The notes: generated from the sequence alone by a model not told the origin. DNA of 64,000 nucleotides from Deltaproteobacteria bacterium (GCA_021819735.1 JAKAFO010000001.1:320-64319); one strand, 5' to 3'. Counted from the stretch's first letter, positions 1 to 10,010 are shown. Numbers and translations: made by a program.

Positions 1-1
1 G

Positions 2-640
2 TTGTGCAATGAGAATAAGAAAGTTATCTTCTCCAGTTGTTTTGCTCCCACCGAGATTCCCAAGCTGAGCGAAAACCTGCGTTCCCGTTTGACCTGCGGA
101 TTAATCTCCAATATCGAGGCTCCGGATTACCGTATGCGGGTCAAGATTTTGAAGAAGTACGCCCGGGCCAACCGTTGGGAAATTCCCGCGGAAATCATGG
201 AGTATTTGGCTTCCGAATTGAGCCAGGACGTGCGCCAACTGAAAAGCGGTTTGGTGGGGGTTTCCGCCAAGGCTTCCCTGATGGGCTGCCCGATCGATCT
301 CCAGTTGGCATCCGATGTCGTTAAAAACATGGTGCGTCAAACCCAGTCGATCACCATCAACAATATCAAACAACTGGTCTGTAAATACTACAACATTTCG
401 CCCAAGGAACTCATTTCGCGTTCCCGCAAACAAGCCTTGGTGCGCCCTCGGCAAATCGCCATCTACTTGGCCCGCCGCTACACCGATCAGCCGCTGCAAG
501 CCATCGGAAAAAGTTTCAATCGCTACCATGCCACCGCATTGCATGCGATCGGTGCGGTAGAAAAAGGCATTCGGCAGGGCGGGACCGTTCAACGGCACAT
601 CGAATATCTCAGCCAAAAATTGGAAAACGGCGAGTTTTAG
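2..640 (+). CDS. dnaA: DnaA-family protein, C-terminal part (5' end lies before the window); probably a second, divergent dnaA paralog
   Basis: Contains 'LRSRLTCGLISNIEAPD' (AAA+ C-terminus) and domain IV 'RPRQIAIYLAR...IGKSFNRYHATALHA'. No dnaN follows. Confidence 0.85.
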   Translation: MCNENKKVIFSSCFAPTEIPKLSENLRSRLTCGLISNIEAPDYRMRVKILKKYARANRWEIPAEIMEYLASELSQDVRQLKSGLVGVSAKASLMGCPIDLQLASDVVKNMVRQTQSITINNIKQLVCKYYNISPKELISRSRKQALVRPRQIAIYLARRYTDQPLQAIGKSFNRYHATALHAIGAVEKGIRQGGTVQRHIEYLSQKLENGEF

Positions 641-682
641 AAAGCTGTTAAAAGGAACGCATTAGGCCATCGGGTGAGGCGA

Positions 683-709
683 GCGTGCACGGGTTTTTCC
701 GATGCACGC
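683..709. terminator. Hairpin between convergent genes
   Basis: Inverted repeat GCGTGCA...TGCACGC between the dnaA-like stop and the convergent small ORF; no clear U-tract. Confidence 0.4.
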
Positions 710-715
710 GTTCGG

Positions 716-913
716 CTACTGGTAGGTGATGAGCGAGCCTTCAATGATGGTTAAATCCGATAAAAGTTCCATGCGCAGATTTTGATCCTGCTGAATTACA
801 CAGCGCAACCGGAGCACGCAATGCTTGGCGCACAATGGGTTGGTTTTGACATAATCTCCGAAGCAATCCAGATGCTCAATGGGCAGGGTTGCAAGGCGCT
901 TTTTCCGGTTCAT
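716..913 (-). CDS. Small Cys-rich hypothetical protein (65 aa)
   Basis: Its ATG overlaps the suhB stop (ATGA). Sequence MNRKKRL...C-x10-C-x3-C-x5-C. Confidence 0.65.
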   Translation of the reverse strand: MNRKKRLATLPIEHLDCFGDYVKTNPLCAKHCVLRLRCVIQQDQNLRMELLSDLTIIEGSLITYQ

Positions 914-1701
914 GCGCAATCCTCTAAATTTAGTAGCTGCACCATCTCGGCATGGATACGGCCATTGGTCGCCAGGATCTGTCGGTCTTCGAAGTGGTAA
1001 GGGCGATCCTTGTAATCGGTGACCTTGCCACCGGCCGCTTGGACAATCAGCATGCCGGCCGCCGTGTCCCATGGCTTCAGATTTTCTTCCCAGAACCCTT
1101 CGAAGCGTCCGCAGGCCACGAAACATAGGTCCAGTGCGGCGGATCCCAATCGTCGTACCCCCTGGGAAGCAGTCAAACATCGTGTGAAGCGCGAGATAGG
1201 CTCCACCGGTGAAGTGGTGCGTATGGTGTATGGAAACCCGGTCACCAAGAGACTGTCTTCCGCCGTTTCAACATCGGAGATATGGATCGGTGCGTCGTTC
1301 AAGTATGCACCCTGCCCGTGAACAGCGGTAAACAGCTCCCCGTTGGCGGGGTTGAACACAATTCCCATCTGAGGAACATCATCGCGGGCATATGCGATGG
1401 AAACGGCAAAAATGGGCAGATGGTGGGCAAAGTTGGTGGTGCCGTCCAGGGGATCGATGATCCAGCGATCATGCCCGTTGCCAACCGCGGCACCACTTTC
1501 TTCGGCCAGAATGCCGTGGTCCGGGAAAACCTCCTGGATGGTGGCGACGATCATCTTTTCCGAGGCGATATCAGCCTGGGTCACCAAATCAATGGCGCCC
1601 TTTTTTTTCACTTGGAGGGGTTTATCGAAATGATCGATCAAGATGCGACCGGCGCGATAGGCGGCCCGGATGCCGATCCGTTTGATGGTTTGCAGATCCA
1701 T
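910..1701 (-). CDS. suhB: Inositol monophosphatase family protein
   Basis: Motifs WIIDPLDGTTNF, RRLGSAALDL and KPWDTAAG. Confidence 0.93.
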   Translation of the reverse strand: MDLQTIKRIGIRAAYRAGRILIDHFDKPLQVKKKGAIDLVTQADIASEKMIVATIQEVFPDHGILAEESGAAVGNGHDRWIIDPLDGTTNFAHHLPIFAVSIAYARDDVPQMGIVFNPANGELFTAVHGQGAYLNDAPIHISDVETAEDSLLVTGFPYTIRTTSPVEPISRFTRCLTASQGVRRLGSAALDLCFVACGRFEGFWEENLKPWDTAAGMLIVQAAGGKVTDYKDRPYHFEDRQILATNGRIHAEMVQLLNLEDCA

Positions 1702-1736
1702 AAGTCGGCAACCTTATCTACTTTACCGTTGGCTTG

Positions 1737-3374
1737 TCAAGCATCAATGGCCCGCTCGATGACGAACGCCATTTTGTCGATCAGCGGGGTTAGAGTGGCG
1801 CGCTCTTTGGCGCTGATCGGCACACCTTGTAGCCTTTCCGCCAGTATGGGCAGCGCCTCGGGGTCAACCAGATCTATTTTATTGAGCGCCCGCACCTGAG
1901 GGATATTCTCCAGTTCGAGTTCGTTCAAAAGCTTCTCCACGGTGGCGATCTGTTCTGTATGGCGTGGGTTGCTGATGTCGATGACATGCAGCAGCAAATC
2001 GGCGCTCTCCAACTCTTCCAGGGTCGCCCGAAAAGCGACGATGAGGTCTTTGGGCAGGTTGCGGATAAAACCGACGGTGTCGGTGATGAGCACTTCCATA
2101 TCCCTGGGAAAACGCAGTCGTCTGCTGGAAGGGTCCAGGGTGGCGAACAGGCGGCTTTCGGCCAGCACCTGACTGTGGGTCAAGGTGTTGAGCAAGGTCG
2201 ATTTGCCGGCATTGGTGTAGCCGATGATGGAAATCACCGGCACGCCTTTTTGCTCCCGCTGGCGACGCTGTTGTTTCCGGTGCTTTTGGACCTCGATGAG
2301 CGCTTTTTCCAATTGGTGGATTTTGTCGCGCACACGCCGCCGGTTGATCTCCAGTTTGGTTTCGCCTGGCCCCCGCCCACCGATGCCGCCGGTCAGGCGC
2401 GACATGGCCGTATTTTTCGTGACCAGCCGGGGCTGTAAGTATTTGAGTTGGGCCAGCTCCACTTGCAGTTTGCCTTCTTTGCTGCGCGCGCGCTGGGCGA
2501 AGATATCCAGGATCAACTGAGTGCGGTCGATGACCTTGATTTCGATCTGGTCGGTAATCGATCTGATTTGTGAAGGGTTCAGTTCCTGATCGAAGATGAT
2601 CAGGGTCACTTCCAACTGCATGGCCCGGATGGCCAGATCCTGGAGTTTGCCGCTGCCCATCAGCGTACGCGAGTCGACTTCTTTCCTTATCTGCAGCAGT
2701 GAATCCACCACGTCGATGCCGCTGGAGCGGCACAACTCGCTGAGCTCGGCCATCGAGTCCAGCGCTTTTTTGCGTGGCATGGTGGTGACACTGCACAACA
2801 ACGCTTGTTCGCTGCCCTTGGCTATCTTGGCCTGGGGGCGTGCCTGGCCCATCTCGCGTTCAATGGCCTGGATCAGGTCCAGAAACTCGATGGCCAGTTG
2901 ATGAGGCAGCAGCTTTTCTCTCAGCTCATATGGCTTTTGCGCCATCTCCGGACGGGGTAGAAGATGAGCCCAAAAGACCGCCCGAGGGAAACCCTGATCA
3001 TCGCTGGTGATGGCGGCCATGGCGTCCAGGCGCAGCAGAGCGAGGTCGGTGAGGTCATCCTGGTTCAGGGATTCGTCTTTCAGATGAGTGTGAATACAAC
3101 GCAATCCCCTCAAACGACCTGGGCTGGCGCGGTATTCCAACAACTTCGGAATGATGATCCCTTGGGCGTCGCCCACCACGACATAGGCGAGTTTTCCGGC
3201 TCGGTCGATCATAAGGCCGATTTGACGCTGGATCTCTTGAGACAGTTGGCACAGATCGCGGGCCAACTCGGGAGTAATCAGATATTCAGGCGGAACGCGG
3301 CGGCGGTAGAGGTTCTCCAGGCGATGCACCTGACCGGCTTTGAGCCCTCTGGTGTTGCCCCAGATTTTCTTCAT
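1737..3374 (-). CDS. hflX: GTPase HflX, long form with N-terminal extension
   Basis: Motifs GRGPGETKLE, GYTNAGKST, LFATLD, DTVGF and NKID. Confidence 0.95.
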   Translation of the reverse strand: MKKIWGNTRGLKAGQVHRLENLYRRRVPPEYLITPELARDLCQLSQEIQRQIGLMIDRAGKLAYVVVGDAQGIIIPKLLEYRASPGRLRGLRCIHTHLKDESLNQDDLTDLALLRLDAMAAITSDDQGFPRAVFWAHLLPRPEMAQKPYELREKLLPHQLAIEFLDLIQAIEREMGQARPQAKIAKGSEQALLCSVTTMPRKKALDSMAELSELCRSSGIDVVDSLLQIRKEVDSRTLMGSGKLQDLAIRAMQLEVTLIIFDQELNPSQIRSITDQIEIKVIDRTQLILDIFAQRARSKEGKLQVELAQLKYLQPRLVTKNTAMSRLTGGIGGRGPGETKLEINRRRVRDKIHQLEKALIEVQKHRKQQRRQREQKGVPVISIIGYTNAGKSTLLNTLTHSQVLAESRLFATLDPSSRRLRFPRDMEVLITDTVGFIRNLPKDLIVAFRATLEELESADLLLHVIDISNPRHTEQIATVEKLLNELELENIPQVRALNKIDLVDPEALPILAERLQGVPISAKERATLTPLIDKMAFVIERAIDA

Positions 3375-4726
3375 GCAGGATTCTCGAAGCGCGTGTAGGC
3401 CCCGAGGAAGGTCAGAGGTACCACCCCGGTGGGGCCGTTGCGCTGCTTGGCCAGAATGACTTCGGCGATGCCTCGGTTGGGATTGTTCTCATCCTTATTA
3501 TAAACCTCATCGCGGTAGATGAAGGCTACCACATCGGCATCCTGTTCCAGAGCGCCGGATTCACGCAAGTCCGAAAGTTGCGGTCGTTTGTCGCCGCGCT
3601 CTTCGAGTTTGCGATTTAACTGAGATAGGGCCAGCACCGGTACATTCAACTCCTTGGCCAGCAATTTGAGGGATCGGGAAATATCTGAGATCTCCAGATC
3701 CCGCCGCTCGGTATTCTCATGTCCGCGCATCAATTGCAGATAATCGATGATAATCAGTCCCAGATCCTTGTCCATTTTCAGACGCCGGGATTTGGTTCGG
3801 ATGGAGGTGGCTGAGATGTCCGGCGAATCGTCGATGTAGATGGGCGCTTCGGATAGAGCGCTGGCCGCATCGGTGATGTTGGCCCAATCTTCGGGGTTCA
3901 GAAATCCACTGCGCAGGCGCGAGGAGTCCACGCGCGCCTCGGCGCACAACATACGCATGGAGAGCTGTTCCTTGGACATTTCCAGAGAGAATACGGCCAC
4001 CGCCACATTGCCGAGCACCGCCGCATTGCGGGCGATGTTGAGCGCCAGGGCGGTTTTGCCCATGGCCGGACGGGCAGCCAGGATGATCAGATCCGAGCCC
4101 TGCAGGCCGGAAGTCATGTTGTCCAGGCGGGTATACCCAGTCGGTATGCCGGTGACCAACGCCCGGTTGGCCTGCCGTTTTTCCAGTGCATCGATATTGA
4201 TATCGATGATCTTGCTCAAAGGATGAAAGGCCGCCCGGTGCTTGTTCTCGGAGATTTCGAAGACGGCGCCTTCCGCAAAATCCAATACTTGATCGAAATC
4301 GCCGCTATCCCCGTAACAGCGTTGGGTGATCTCTCCGGCCTTGGCGATGAGGCGGCGCAATGAGGATTTTTCCCGCACGATGCGCGCGTAGTGCGCCACA
4401 TTGATGGCCGACGGGACCGTATCCACCAACCTGGCCAAATAAGCAGCTCCGCCGATCTCTTCGAGTTGATTGCTCTCGCGTAACGCATTGGTCAGCGTGA
4501 TCAGATCGATCGGTTCGGCTTTTCGAAACAAAAGCTCCATGGCCGCGAAGATGCGTTGGTGGGCCGTACGGTAAAAATCTTCGGGAGTCAAAATCTCCAG
4601 CACTTCCAACAGGGTGTTGGTTTCCAGCAAAATCGCGCTGAGAATCGACTCTTCGGCCTCTATGCTTTGGGGCGGAAGTTTTTGCAGGGAGGGATCTTTG
4701 GGGGAGTTCTTGGGGTTCAACGCCAT
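3371..4726 (-). CDS. dnaB: Replicative DNA helicase
   Basis: Motifs AARPAMGKT, IIDYLQL and DLRESGALEQDAD. Confidence 0.97.
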   Translation of the reverse strand: MALNPKNSPKDPSLQKLPPQSIEAEESILSAILLETNTLLEVLEILTPEDFYRTAHQRIFAAMELLFRKAEPIDLITLTNALRESNQLEEIGGAAYLARLVDTVPSAINVAHYARIVREKSSLRRLIAKAGEITQRCYGDSGDFDQVLDFAEGAVFEISENKHRAAFHPLSKIIDINIDALEKRQANRALVTGIPTGYTRLDNMTSGLQGSDLIILAARPAMGKTALALNIARNAAVLGNVAVAVFSLEMSKEQLSMRMLCAEARVDSSRLRSGFLNPEDWANITDAASALSEAPIYIDDSPDISATSIRTKSRRLKMDKDLGLIIIDYLQLMRGHENTERRDLEISDISRSLKLLAKELNVPVLALSQLNRKLEERGDKRPQLSDLRESGALEQDADVVAFIYRDEVYNKDENNPNRGIAEVILAKQRNGPTGVVPLTFLGAYTRFENPA

Positions 4727-4751
4727 GGCTGTGCCGGCTGATCAGTCAAAG

Positions 4752-4789
4752 GCCGGGGCGGTGGCGCTTGGCCAAAAAGCCGCCCCGGC
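4752..4789 (-). terminator. GC-rich hairpin between rplI and dnaB (possible partial terminator or stabiliser)
   Basis: 10-bp arms GCCGGGGCGG...CCGCCCCGGC with a short T run after it on the minus strand. Confidence 0.4.
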
Positions 4790-4805
4790 ATTGTACCCAT
4801 AATAA

Positions 4806-5249
4806 CTACTCGGCCACCACGTTCACGGTGATTTCCGGCTCTACGTCTTTGTACACACGAATAGCGACTTTGAAGTTGCCGATGGTTTTGATGGGCTCTG
4901 GGAGCAGCACCATCCGTTTTTCCACGACAATATCCTTTTTGGCCAAGGCGTCGATAATATCCCGAACCGTTACCGATCCATAGAGTCGGTCTCCTTCGTG
5001 GATCTTGGCCGCTACGTCACAGGTAACACCTTCCAGCCGCTGGGCCATTTGCTGGGCCAGATCTTTTTCCTTGGCGATCTGCAGTTCAAATTTGGCCTTT
5101 TCGTGTTCCAGTATTTTGCGGTACTGCGCGGTAGCCGGTACGGCCTTGCCCTGGGGAAGCAGGTAATTGCGGGCATAGCCGGGCGCCACATTTACTTCGC
5201 TACCGATAATGCCTAATGAATCGATTGTTTCCTTCAGAATGACTTTCAT
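4806..5249 (-). CDS. rplI: 50S ribosomal protein L9
   Basis: MKVILKE...GYARNYLLP and LYGSVT. Confidence 0.97.
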   Translation of the reverse strand: MKVILKETIDSLGIIGSEVNVAPGYARNYLLPQGKAVPATAQYRKILEHEKAKFELQIAKEKDLAQQMAQRLEGVTCDVAAKIHEGDRLYGSVTVRDIIDALAKKDIVVEKRMVLLPEPIKTIGNFKVAIRVYKDVEPEITVNVVAE

Positions 5250-5287
5250 TTAAAAACCTCCGAAGCCGCCCGAGCGGCGCATACCGT

Positions 5288-5557
5288 TTAGTCCAGGGTG
5301 CCCACGAACGGCAGCAGTGCGATGGCACGGGCGCGTTTGATGGCCAATGTCAGGGTGCGCTGATGGGAGGCACACGTTCCGGTGATACGCCGCGGAATAA
5401 TCTTGCCCCGTTCGGTTATGAAGTATCTCAGGGTTCTGGCATCCTTGTAATCGATTATGATTTTGCTGTCCGCACAGAAACGGCATACTTTGCGCCGATG
5501 ATAGACTCTTCGTTTCCTTTTTCCCGCTACCGGTCTTTTCCCGTTTCTATCATTCAT
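5288..5557 (-). CDS. rpsR: 30S ribosomal protein S18, Zn-binding form
   Basis: VCRFC...IDYKD...[17 protein letters not shown]. Confidence 0.97.
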   Translation of the reverse strand: MNDRNGKRPVAGKRKRRVYHRRKVCRFCADSKIIIDYKDARTLRYFITERGKIIPRRITGTCASHQRTLTLAIKRARAIALLPFVGTLD

Positions 5558-5569
5558 GGGGTGCTCCTT

Positions 5570-6031
5570 TTAGCTCTCAGGGGTAATTGCGTCCGTGTCC
5601 TGCGCCGACTCCTTCTGCTCCTCGACGGGTGCTTCGGGAGCCGCGCTATCCGCTGCCGGTGTCACCGATTCGGTGGCCGTGGTCTCTGGGGACACACTGG
5701 CCTTGGCGGCGGCGATATCCGCCTGAATCTTCTCCACATCGGCTTCCGCGGACAATTGGACGGTTAGGAATTTCATGGCACGGTCATCAATTCGGAAAAA
5801 GCGTTCGATTTCGTCGACGGCTTTTCCCAGACCGCAGTAGTCCATGCGCACGTAGTAGCCGCGTGGCTTTTTCTTGATTTCATAAGCCAGCTTCTTTACG
5901 CCCCAGAGATCTTCCTGGATGAGAACGCCCCCTTGCTGGGGGATAATCTCTTTAACACGGTTTAAAAAGGATGTGCGGTCTTCTTCAGATAGGTCTGGAT
6001 CGATAATGACAATAGTTTCGTACCTTCGCAT
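5570..6031 (-). CDS. rpsF: 30S ribosomal protein S6 with acidic C-terminal tail
   Basis: MRRYETIVI...WGVKKLAYEIKK, with a GGAGG RBS before the ATG at 6031. Confidence 0.96.
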   Translation of the reverse strand: MRRYETIVIIDPDLSEEDRTSFLNRVKEIIPQQGGVLIQEDLWGVKKLAYEIKKKPRGYYVRMDYCGLGKAVDEIERFFRIDDRAMKFLTVQLSAEADVEKIQADIAAAKASVSPETTATESVTPAADSAAPEAPVEEQKESAQDTDAITPES

Positions 6032-6035
6032 GTAA

Positions 6036-6080
6036 CCTCCTCTTGGATAATAAAGCCCCGACATCAGGTCGGAGCAAGGA
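6036..6080 (-). promoter_or_regulatory. Probable S6:S18 autoregulatory leader RNA
   Basis: Minus strand reads TCCTTG-CTCCGAC-CTGAT-GTCGGGG-CTTTATTAT-CCAAGAGGAGG. The 5' UCCUUG can pair with the SD region and a CCR motif precedes it, as in known rpsF leaders. Confidence 0.6.
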
Positions 6081-6165
6081 TATGCGCATTCTCTTGATTT
6101 AAAACGCCCTAATTAACGCCCGGCCCTCGGTTTGTCAAGCGCTTCCTGATTCCGGACGGTAAATC

Positions 6166-6197
6166 AAAAGGGGGGCGATCCTTGAATCGTCCCCCTT
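6166..6197 (-). terminator. Intrinsic terminator after tRNA-Lys(CTT)
   Basis: Hairpin AAGGGGGGCGAT...ATCGTCCCCCTT with a T-tail on the minus strand. Confidence 0.7.
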
Positions 6198-6208
6198 GTG
6201 GTGCGATG

Positions 6209-6285
6209 TGGTGGGCCGTGTTGGAATCGAACCAACAACCTACTGATTAAGAGTCAGGTGCTCTGCCTGGTTGAGCTAACGGCCC
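6209..6285 (-). tRNA. tRNA-Lys (anticodon CTT)
   Basis: GGGCCGTTAGCTCAACCAGG...CTGA-CTCTTAA-TCAG...GGTTCGATTCC...CGGCCCACCA. Confidence 0.95.
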
Positions 6286-6415
6286 GATGAAGCTGCCGTT
6301 GGTATCAAGTTGTAAGGGCGTTGTCAAACATTTATTGGCGATATTTACAAAAAGAGGGCCCCTTCCTATAGATAGGCCTGCCACAGGGACGACTCGGGCA
6401 ATGCGCATTGCGCCG

Positions 6416-7153
6416 CTATCCCCAGCGTCTATCCTTATCCTTACGCGCCCGCCGGCGATCTTTTTTCCACTCGATTTCATTGCGCTGGGGTTTTTGATGG
6501 GGGGCAGCGCCATGTTTCGCCGATGCCAAGTCTGGAAGGAAACTGCCTGGTGTTTTGGGTTGGACTGGGGCTTTGGGTAGCGATCCAATGGGCTTTTCCT
6601 TAGGCAGGGGCGGGCCATTGATGCACTCTGGGGAGATGGCGTCGGCCAGGAACAGGGATTCGCCATATTGCTGGAAACGAGTGCCCGCGGCCTGGGACTT
6701 GGCCACTTGAATTGTGAGCAGCACCGGGGCATTGTCCGACCGTCGCCCGAGTCTTTGGGCCATGGCCATATCGGATGACAGCATCACGAAAGGCAGGAGG
6801 CCCGGCTTCAATCCATTTTCATGAACAGCGGGATAAGCGCGTTGGCGGACCGCAGTGTAAAGCACCTTGGGACATTGCGCGGGAACGCGGATGGCGGGTA
6901 ATTGCTCTCTTTGCGTGGCGCGTACCTTATCCCCCTGTATTTCGATTGGGGCCGTGCGCTCCGTGACATGCAGTGTATTCAGGTGCGCCTCTCTTAGATG
7001 GCGCCATTCCGGATCTTCGTGCAGGGCCTGCAACAGGGTTTTGATCTTCACGAATCCGTCTGGGTCTGGGATCAAGCCGAATTCATCCGGCCTGCGCGCC
7101 AGGACATATTCCAAAAATTTTGCCAACTTTTTGATATGTTGGTCCGTAGTCAC
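6416..7153 (-). CDS. RNA 2'-phosphotransferase (Tpt1/KptA) family homolog with degenerate active site
   Basis: N-terminus [25 protein letters not shown] and VRATQ resemble KptA, but the canonical RH and HGT motifs are replaced. Confidence 0.75.
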   Translation of the reverse strand: MTTDQHIKKLAKFLEYVLARRPDEFGLIPDPDGFVKIKTLLQALHEDPEWRHLREAHLNTLHVTERTAPIEIQGDKVRATQREQLPAIRVPAQCPKVLYTAVRQRAYPAVHENGLKPGLLPFVMLSSDMAMAQRLGRRSDNAPVLLTIQVAKSQAAGTRFQQYGESLFLADAISPECINGPPLPKEKPIGSLPKAPVQPKTPGSFLPDLASAKHGAAPHQKPQRNEIEWKKDRRRARKDKDRRWG

Positions 7154-7253
7154 GCCTTCAACCTTTCTTGACCCTTTCAGCCGGGTTTGCTATTTTTTCT
7201 TCTCTTTTCGAACAAATGTCAAATCAAAGACTTCCCTGAAAGGATGGCTTCAT

Positions 7254-8540
7254 ATGTACGATGTATCCAAACGCCTCTTTGAACGTGCCCAGCAATTGAT
7301 CCCCGGTGGGGTCAATAGCCCGGTGCGTGCCTGCCGTGCGGTGGGCACCCATCCCTTGTTCATTTCCCGGGCCGAGGGGTGCCGGCTGTTCGATGCGGAT
7401 GGAAATGCCTTCATCGATTACGTAGGCTCCTGGGGTCCCATGATCCTGGGGCATCGTCATCCAGCGGTGGTGGAAGCCCTCCTGCATACCTTGGCCAAAG
7501 GCACAAGTTATGGCGCGCCCACGGATCTTGAAGTGGAACTGGCCCAAATGGTGGTCGATGCCGTGCCGTCGGTGGAAAAGGTTCGTATGGTCAATTCGGG
7601 CACCGAGGCCACGATGAGCGCCATCCGCCTGGCCCGGGGGGCTACCGGACGGGAGATGATCGTCAAGTTCGATGGCTGCTATCACGGCCATGCCGACAGC
7701 TTGCTGGTCAGCGCCGGTTCCGGTGTGGCCACGCTGGCCATCGCCGGCAGCCCGGGAGTGCCCCAATCGTTCGTGGATCATACCATCTCGGTGCCCTATA
7801 ACAATCTGCCTCTGCTCGAACAAGTAATGGGCGCAAAGGGTGATCGGATCGCCGCGGTCATCGTGGAACCGGTGGCCGGCAACATGGGGCTGGTTCCGCC
7901 TGTGCCAGGCTTCCTGCAAGGGTTGCGCGAGTTATGCCACCAGTATGGCAGCGTGCTGATTTTCGACGAAGTCATGACCGGATTTCGTGTGGCCTACGGC
8001 GGCGCCCAAACTTTATATGGCGTGACGCCCGATCTGACTTGCTTCGGTAAGATCATCGGTGGGGGATTGCCGGTCGGCGCCTATGGGGGGCGCAGAGATT
8101 TGATGGACCAGGTCGCGCCCCAGGGGCCCGTCTATCAGGCGGGCACCCTTTCAGGTAACCCTCTGGCCATGGCCGCCGGTATCGCCACCCTCAAAGAGCT
8201 TTCCAAACCTGGATTTTATGATGCCCTGGAACAGACTTGCCAAGGGCTTCTGGAGGGCATGCGCCAAGCGGCCCACAAAGCGGGTGTCGCGGTATCGACC
8301 GACCGGGTGGGTTCCATGCTCGGGCTATTTTTTACTCCCGGACCGGTTCGAAACTTCGAAGATGCCAAACGTTCCGATCTGAAGCGTTTCGCCATCTATT
8401 ACCAACAGATGTTGGCCAGGGGTATCTACCTGGCACCCTCCCAGTTCGAAGCCTTTTTCGTTTCTGCCGCTCATGACGCTTTGGCGATTGGAAAAACCAT
8501 TCAGGCAGCCGAAGCGGTGTTTGGCCTCCTGGCGGCTTAA
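7254..8540 (+). CDS. hemL: Glutamate-1-semialdehyde 2,1-aminomutase
   Basis: Motifs [28 protein letters not shown] and [10 protein letters not shown]. Confidence 0.97.
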   Translation: MYDVSKRLFERAQQLIPGGVNSPVRACRAVGTHPLFISRAEGCRLFDADGNAFIDYVGSWGPMILGHRHPAVVEALLHTLAKGTSYGAPTDLEVELAQMVVDAVPSVEKVRMVNSGTEATMSAIRLARGATGREMIVKFDGCYHGHADSLLVSAGSGVATLAIAGSPGVPQSFVDHTISVPYNNLPLLEQVMGAKGDRIAAVIVEPVAGNMGLVPPVPGFLQGLRELCHQYGSVLIFDEVMTGFRVAYGGAQTLYGVTPDLTCFGKIIGGGLPVGAYGGRRDLMDQVAPQGPVYQAGTLSGNPLAMAAGIATLKELSKPGFYDALEQTCQGLLEGMRQAAHKAGVAVSTDRVGSMLGLFFTPGPVRNFEDAKRSDLKRFAIYYQQMLARGIYLAPSQFEAFFVSAAHDALAIGKTIQAAEAVFGLLAA

Positions 8541-8574
8541 TCCGCATAATCAGGTTTGTCCTATCGGTAAGAAT

Positions 8575-8602
8575 GGAACACCCGGCAAACGCCGGGTGTT
8601 CC
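8575..8602. terminator. Perfect 12-bp hairpin between convergent genes
   Basis: GGAACACCCGGC-AAAC-GCCGGGTGTTCC. Confidence 0.65.
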
Positions 8603-8631
8603 TGGGTGTGATGTGTGATGTGGGGCTCTTC

Positions 8632-8958
8632 TTAAAATCGGTATTTGCAAAGCACCCATGGTGTGAGCGGTGCCTGGATTTCCTCCGGAGTTTCACTGTT
8701 GATCAAGTCAACGTCTTCGTGGCTGTACCACAACCACTGAAAATCGATCTTGACGGCATAGCGATCGGACAGGTTGATGTCCAGGTTGCGTTGTGTCAAA
8801 TCATCCAATGAGACGACAAAATCATTGCTGTGGTTGGCCGGTCCCCTGATCTGGATGCGTGCCATGCGCGGTGCTGAAATGGTTGAAAATACAGATGAAC
8901 ACCCTGCCATTAACCACATCAAGCTGACCATCAACACGATGCCAAGTTTTGTTTTCAT
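8632..8958 (-). CDS. Small putative lipoprotein (108 aa)
   Basis: MKTK, a hydrophobic stretch and lipobox MAG|C; ends in YRF. Confidence 0.6.
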   Translation of the reverse strand: MKTKLGIVLMVSLMWLMAGCSSVFSTISAPRMARIQIRGPANHSNDFVVSLDDLTQRNLDINLSDRYAVKIDFQWLWYSHEDVDLINSETPEEIQAPLTPWVLCKYRF

Positions 8959-9050
8959 ACCGGGCCATCCTATCCAAGACAGTTTGCGGCGATTTGCTGC
9001 GGGGTGAGGTGCGTGTTCTCCTATTTTGCGGCTAAAGACTATTAATTGGG

Positions 9051-9977
9051 TCAATCCAGAATATAATTTTCCGGATTGACGGGTACGCCATTGAGGCGAA
9101 CTTCGTAATGGACATGCGGACCGGTGCTGCGTCCGGTGCTGCCCATGAGCGCGATGATCTCGCCACGCTTGACGCGTTCGCCATTTTTCTTCATTATTTT
9201 GCTCAGATGGCCATAGTTTGTGAGCATACCGAAACCATGTTCAATCGTGACCATGTTGCCCATCAACCCTTTAGCGTTGGCATAGGTGATCAACCCATCG
9301 GCCGGAGCGATGATCGGGGTACCCTGGCGATTGGCGATATCTACCCCTCTATGCAATTCGCGCCGACCGGTAAAGGGCGACACCCGATAGCCGAATTCGG
9401 AGGATACCCATCCGACGGCGGGCCGCAGCGAAGGGGTGGATACCAGCAAGTTGCGCTTGTCTTTGAGGGAGTCGAGCAAGGCCTCTATGCTCTTATGTTG
9501 TACTGCTGCGGCATGATTGACTTGGCTGATCTGGTCGTGCATCTGGCGCACCAGCCGATCATGATTTTCGTTAAGTGCGATATCGATGTCCAGGTCCTCG
9601 GGCATGGAGCCGCCAATTGAAAAGAGGGCGGCCTGATCGTCTTTGTGCTCCAGATTGGCCATGATTCGAATCTTGCTTTCGAACCCATTCAAGGCGAGCA
9701 GATTGGATTTCAACTCGTTGATGGATTGGGCAAAGGCTTGGATCTGCTTGCGCTGCTCTTCGATACCGGCCTGATATTGTTTGAGGTCAGCCTGCAGATC
9801 GGCTTTGTCGGCCACCGATTGATAGAGGCGAGTATATTCATATGCGCCCACACCTAAGGCCGAGAGGCAGATAACGAGTATGACCGTCAGCATCCATACC
9901 AAACGCTTGGAGAAGCGCGTTTCCCGAACGGGGCTGCCTTTGTCGTCGATAATCAGTAGGGTATAGTGTCTGCGCAT
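9051..9977 (-). CDS. M23 family peptidoglycan endopeptidase (N-terminal TM, coiled coil)
   Basis: Zn motifs HRGVD and GRSTGPHVHYEV. Confidence 0.92.
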   Translation of the reverse strand: MRRHYTLLIIDDKGSPVRETRFSKRLVWMLTVILVICLSALGVGAYEYTRLYQSVADKADLQADLKQYQAGIEEQRKQIQAFAQSINELKSNLLALNGFESKIRIMANLEHKDDQAALFSIGGSMPEDLDIDIALNENHDRLVRQMHDQISQVNHAAAVQHKSIEALLDSLKDKRNLLVSTPSLRPAVGWVSSEFGYRVSPFTGRRELHRGVDIANRQGTPIIAPADGLITYANAKGLMGNMVTIEHGFGMLTNYGHLSKIMKKNGERVKRGEIIALMGSTGRSTGPHVHYEVRLNGVPVNPENYILD

Positions 9978-10010
9978 GGTAATCTGTCGTCCATTTCGTG
10001 TGTCTTTTTG

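Noticed and set aside
6867-7253. N-terminal extension of hemL in the ORF track (557 aa)
   Set aside because: It overlaps the divergent KptA-like gene. HemL similarity begins at the ATG at 7254, which has an AAGGA RBS.
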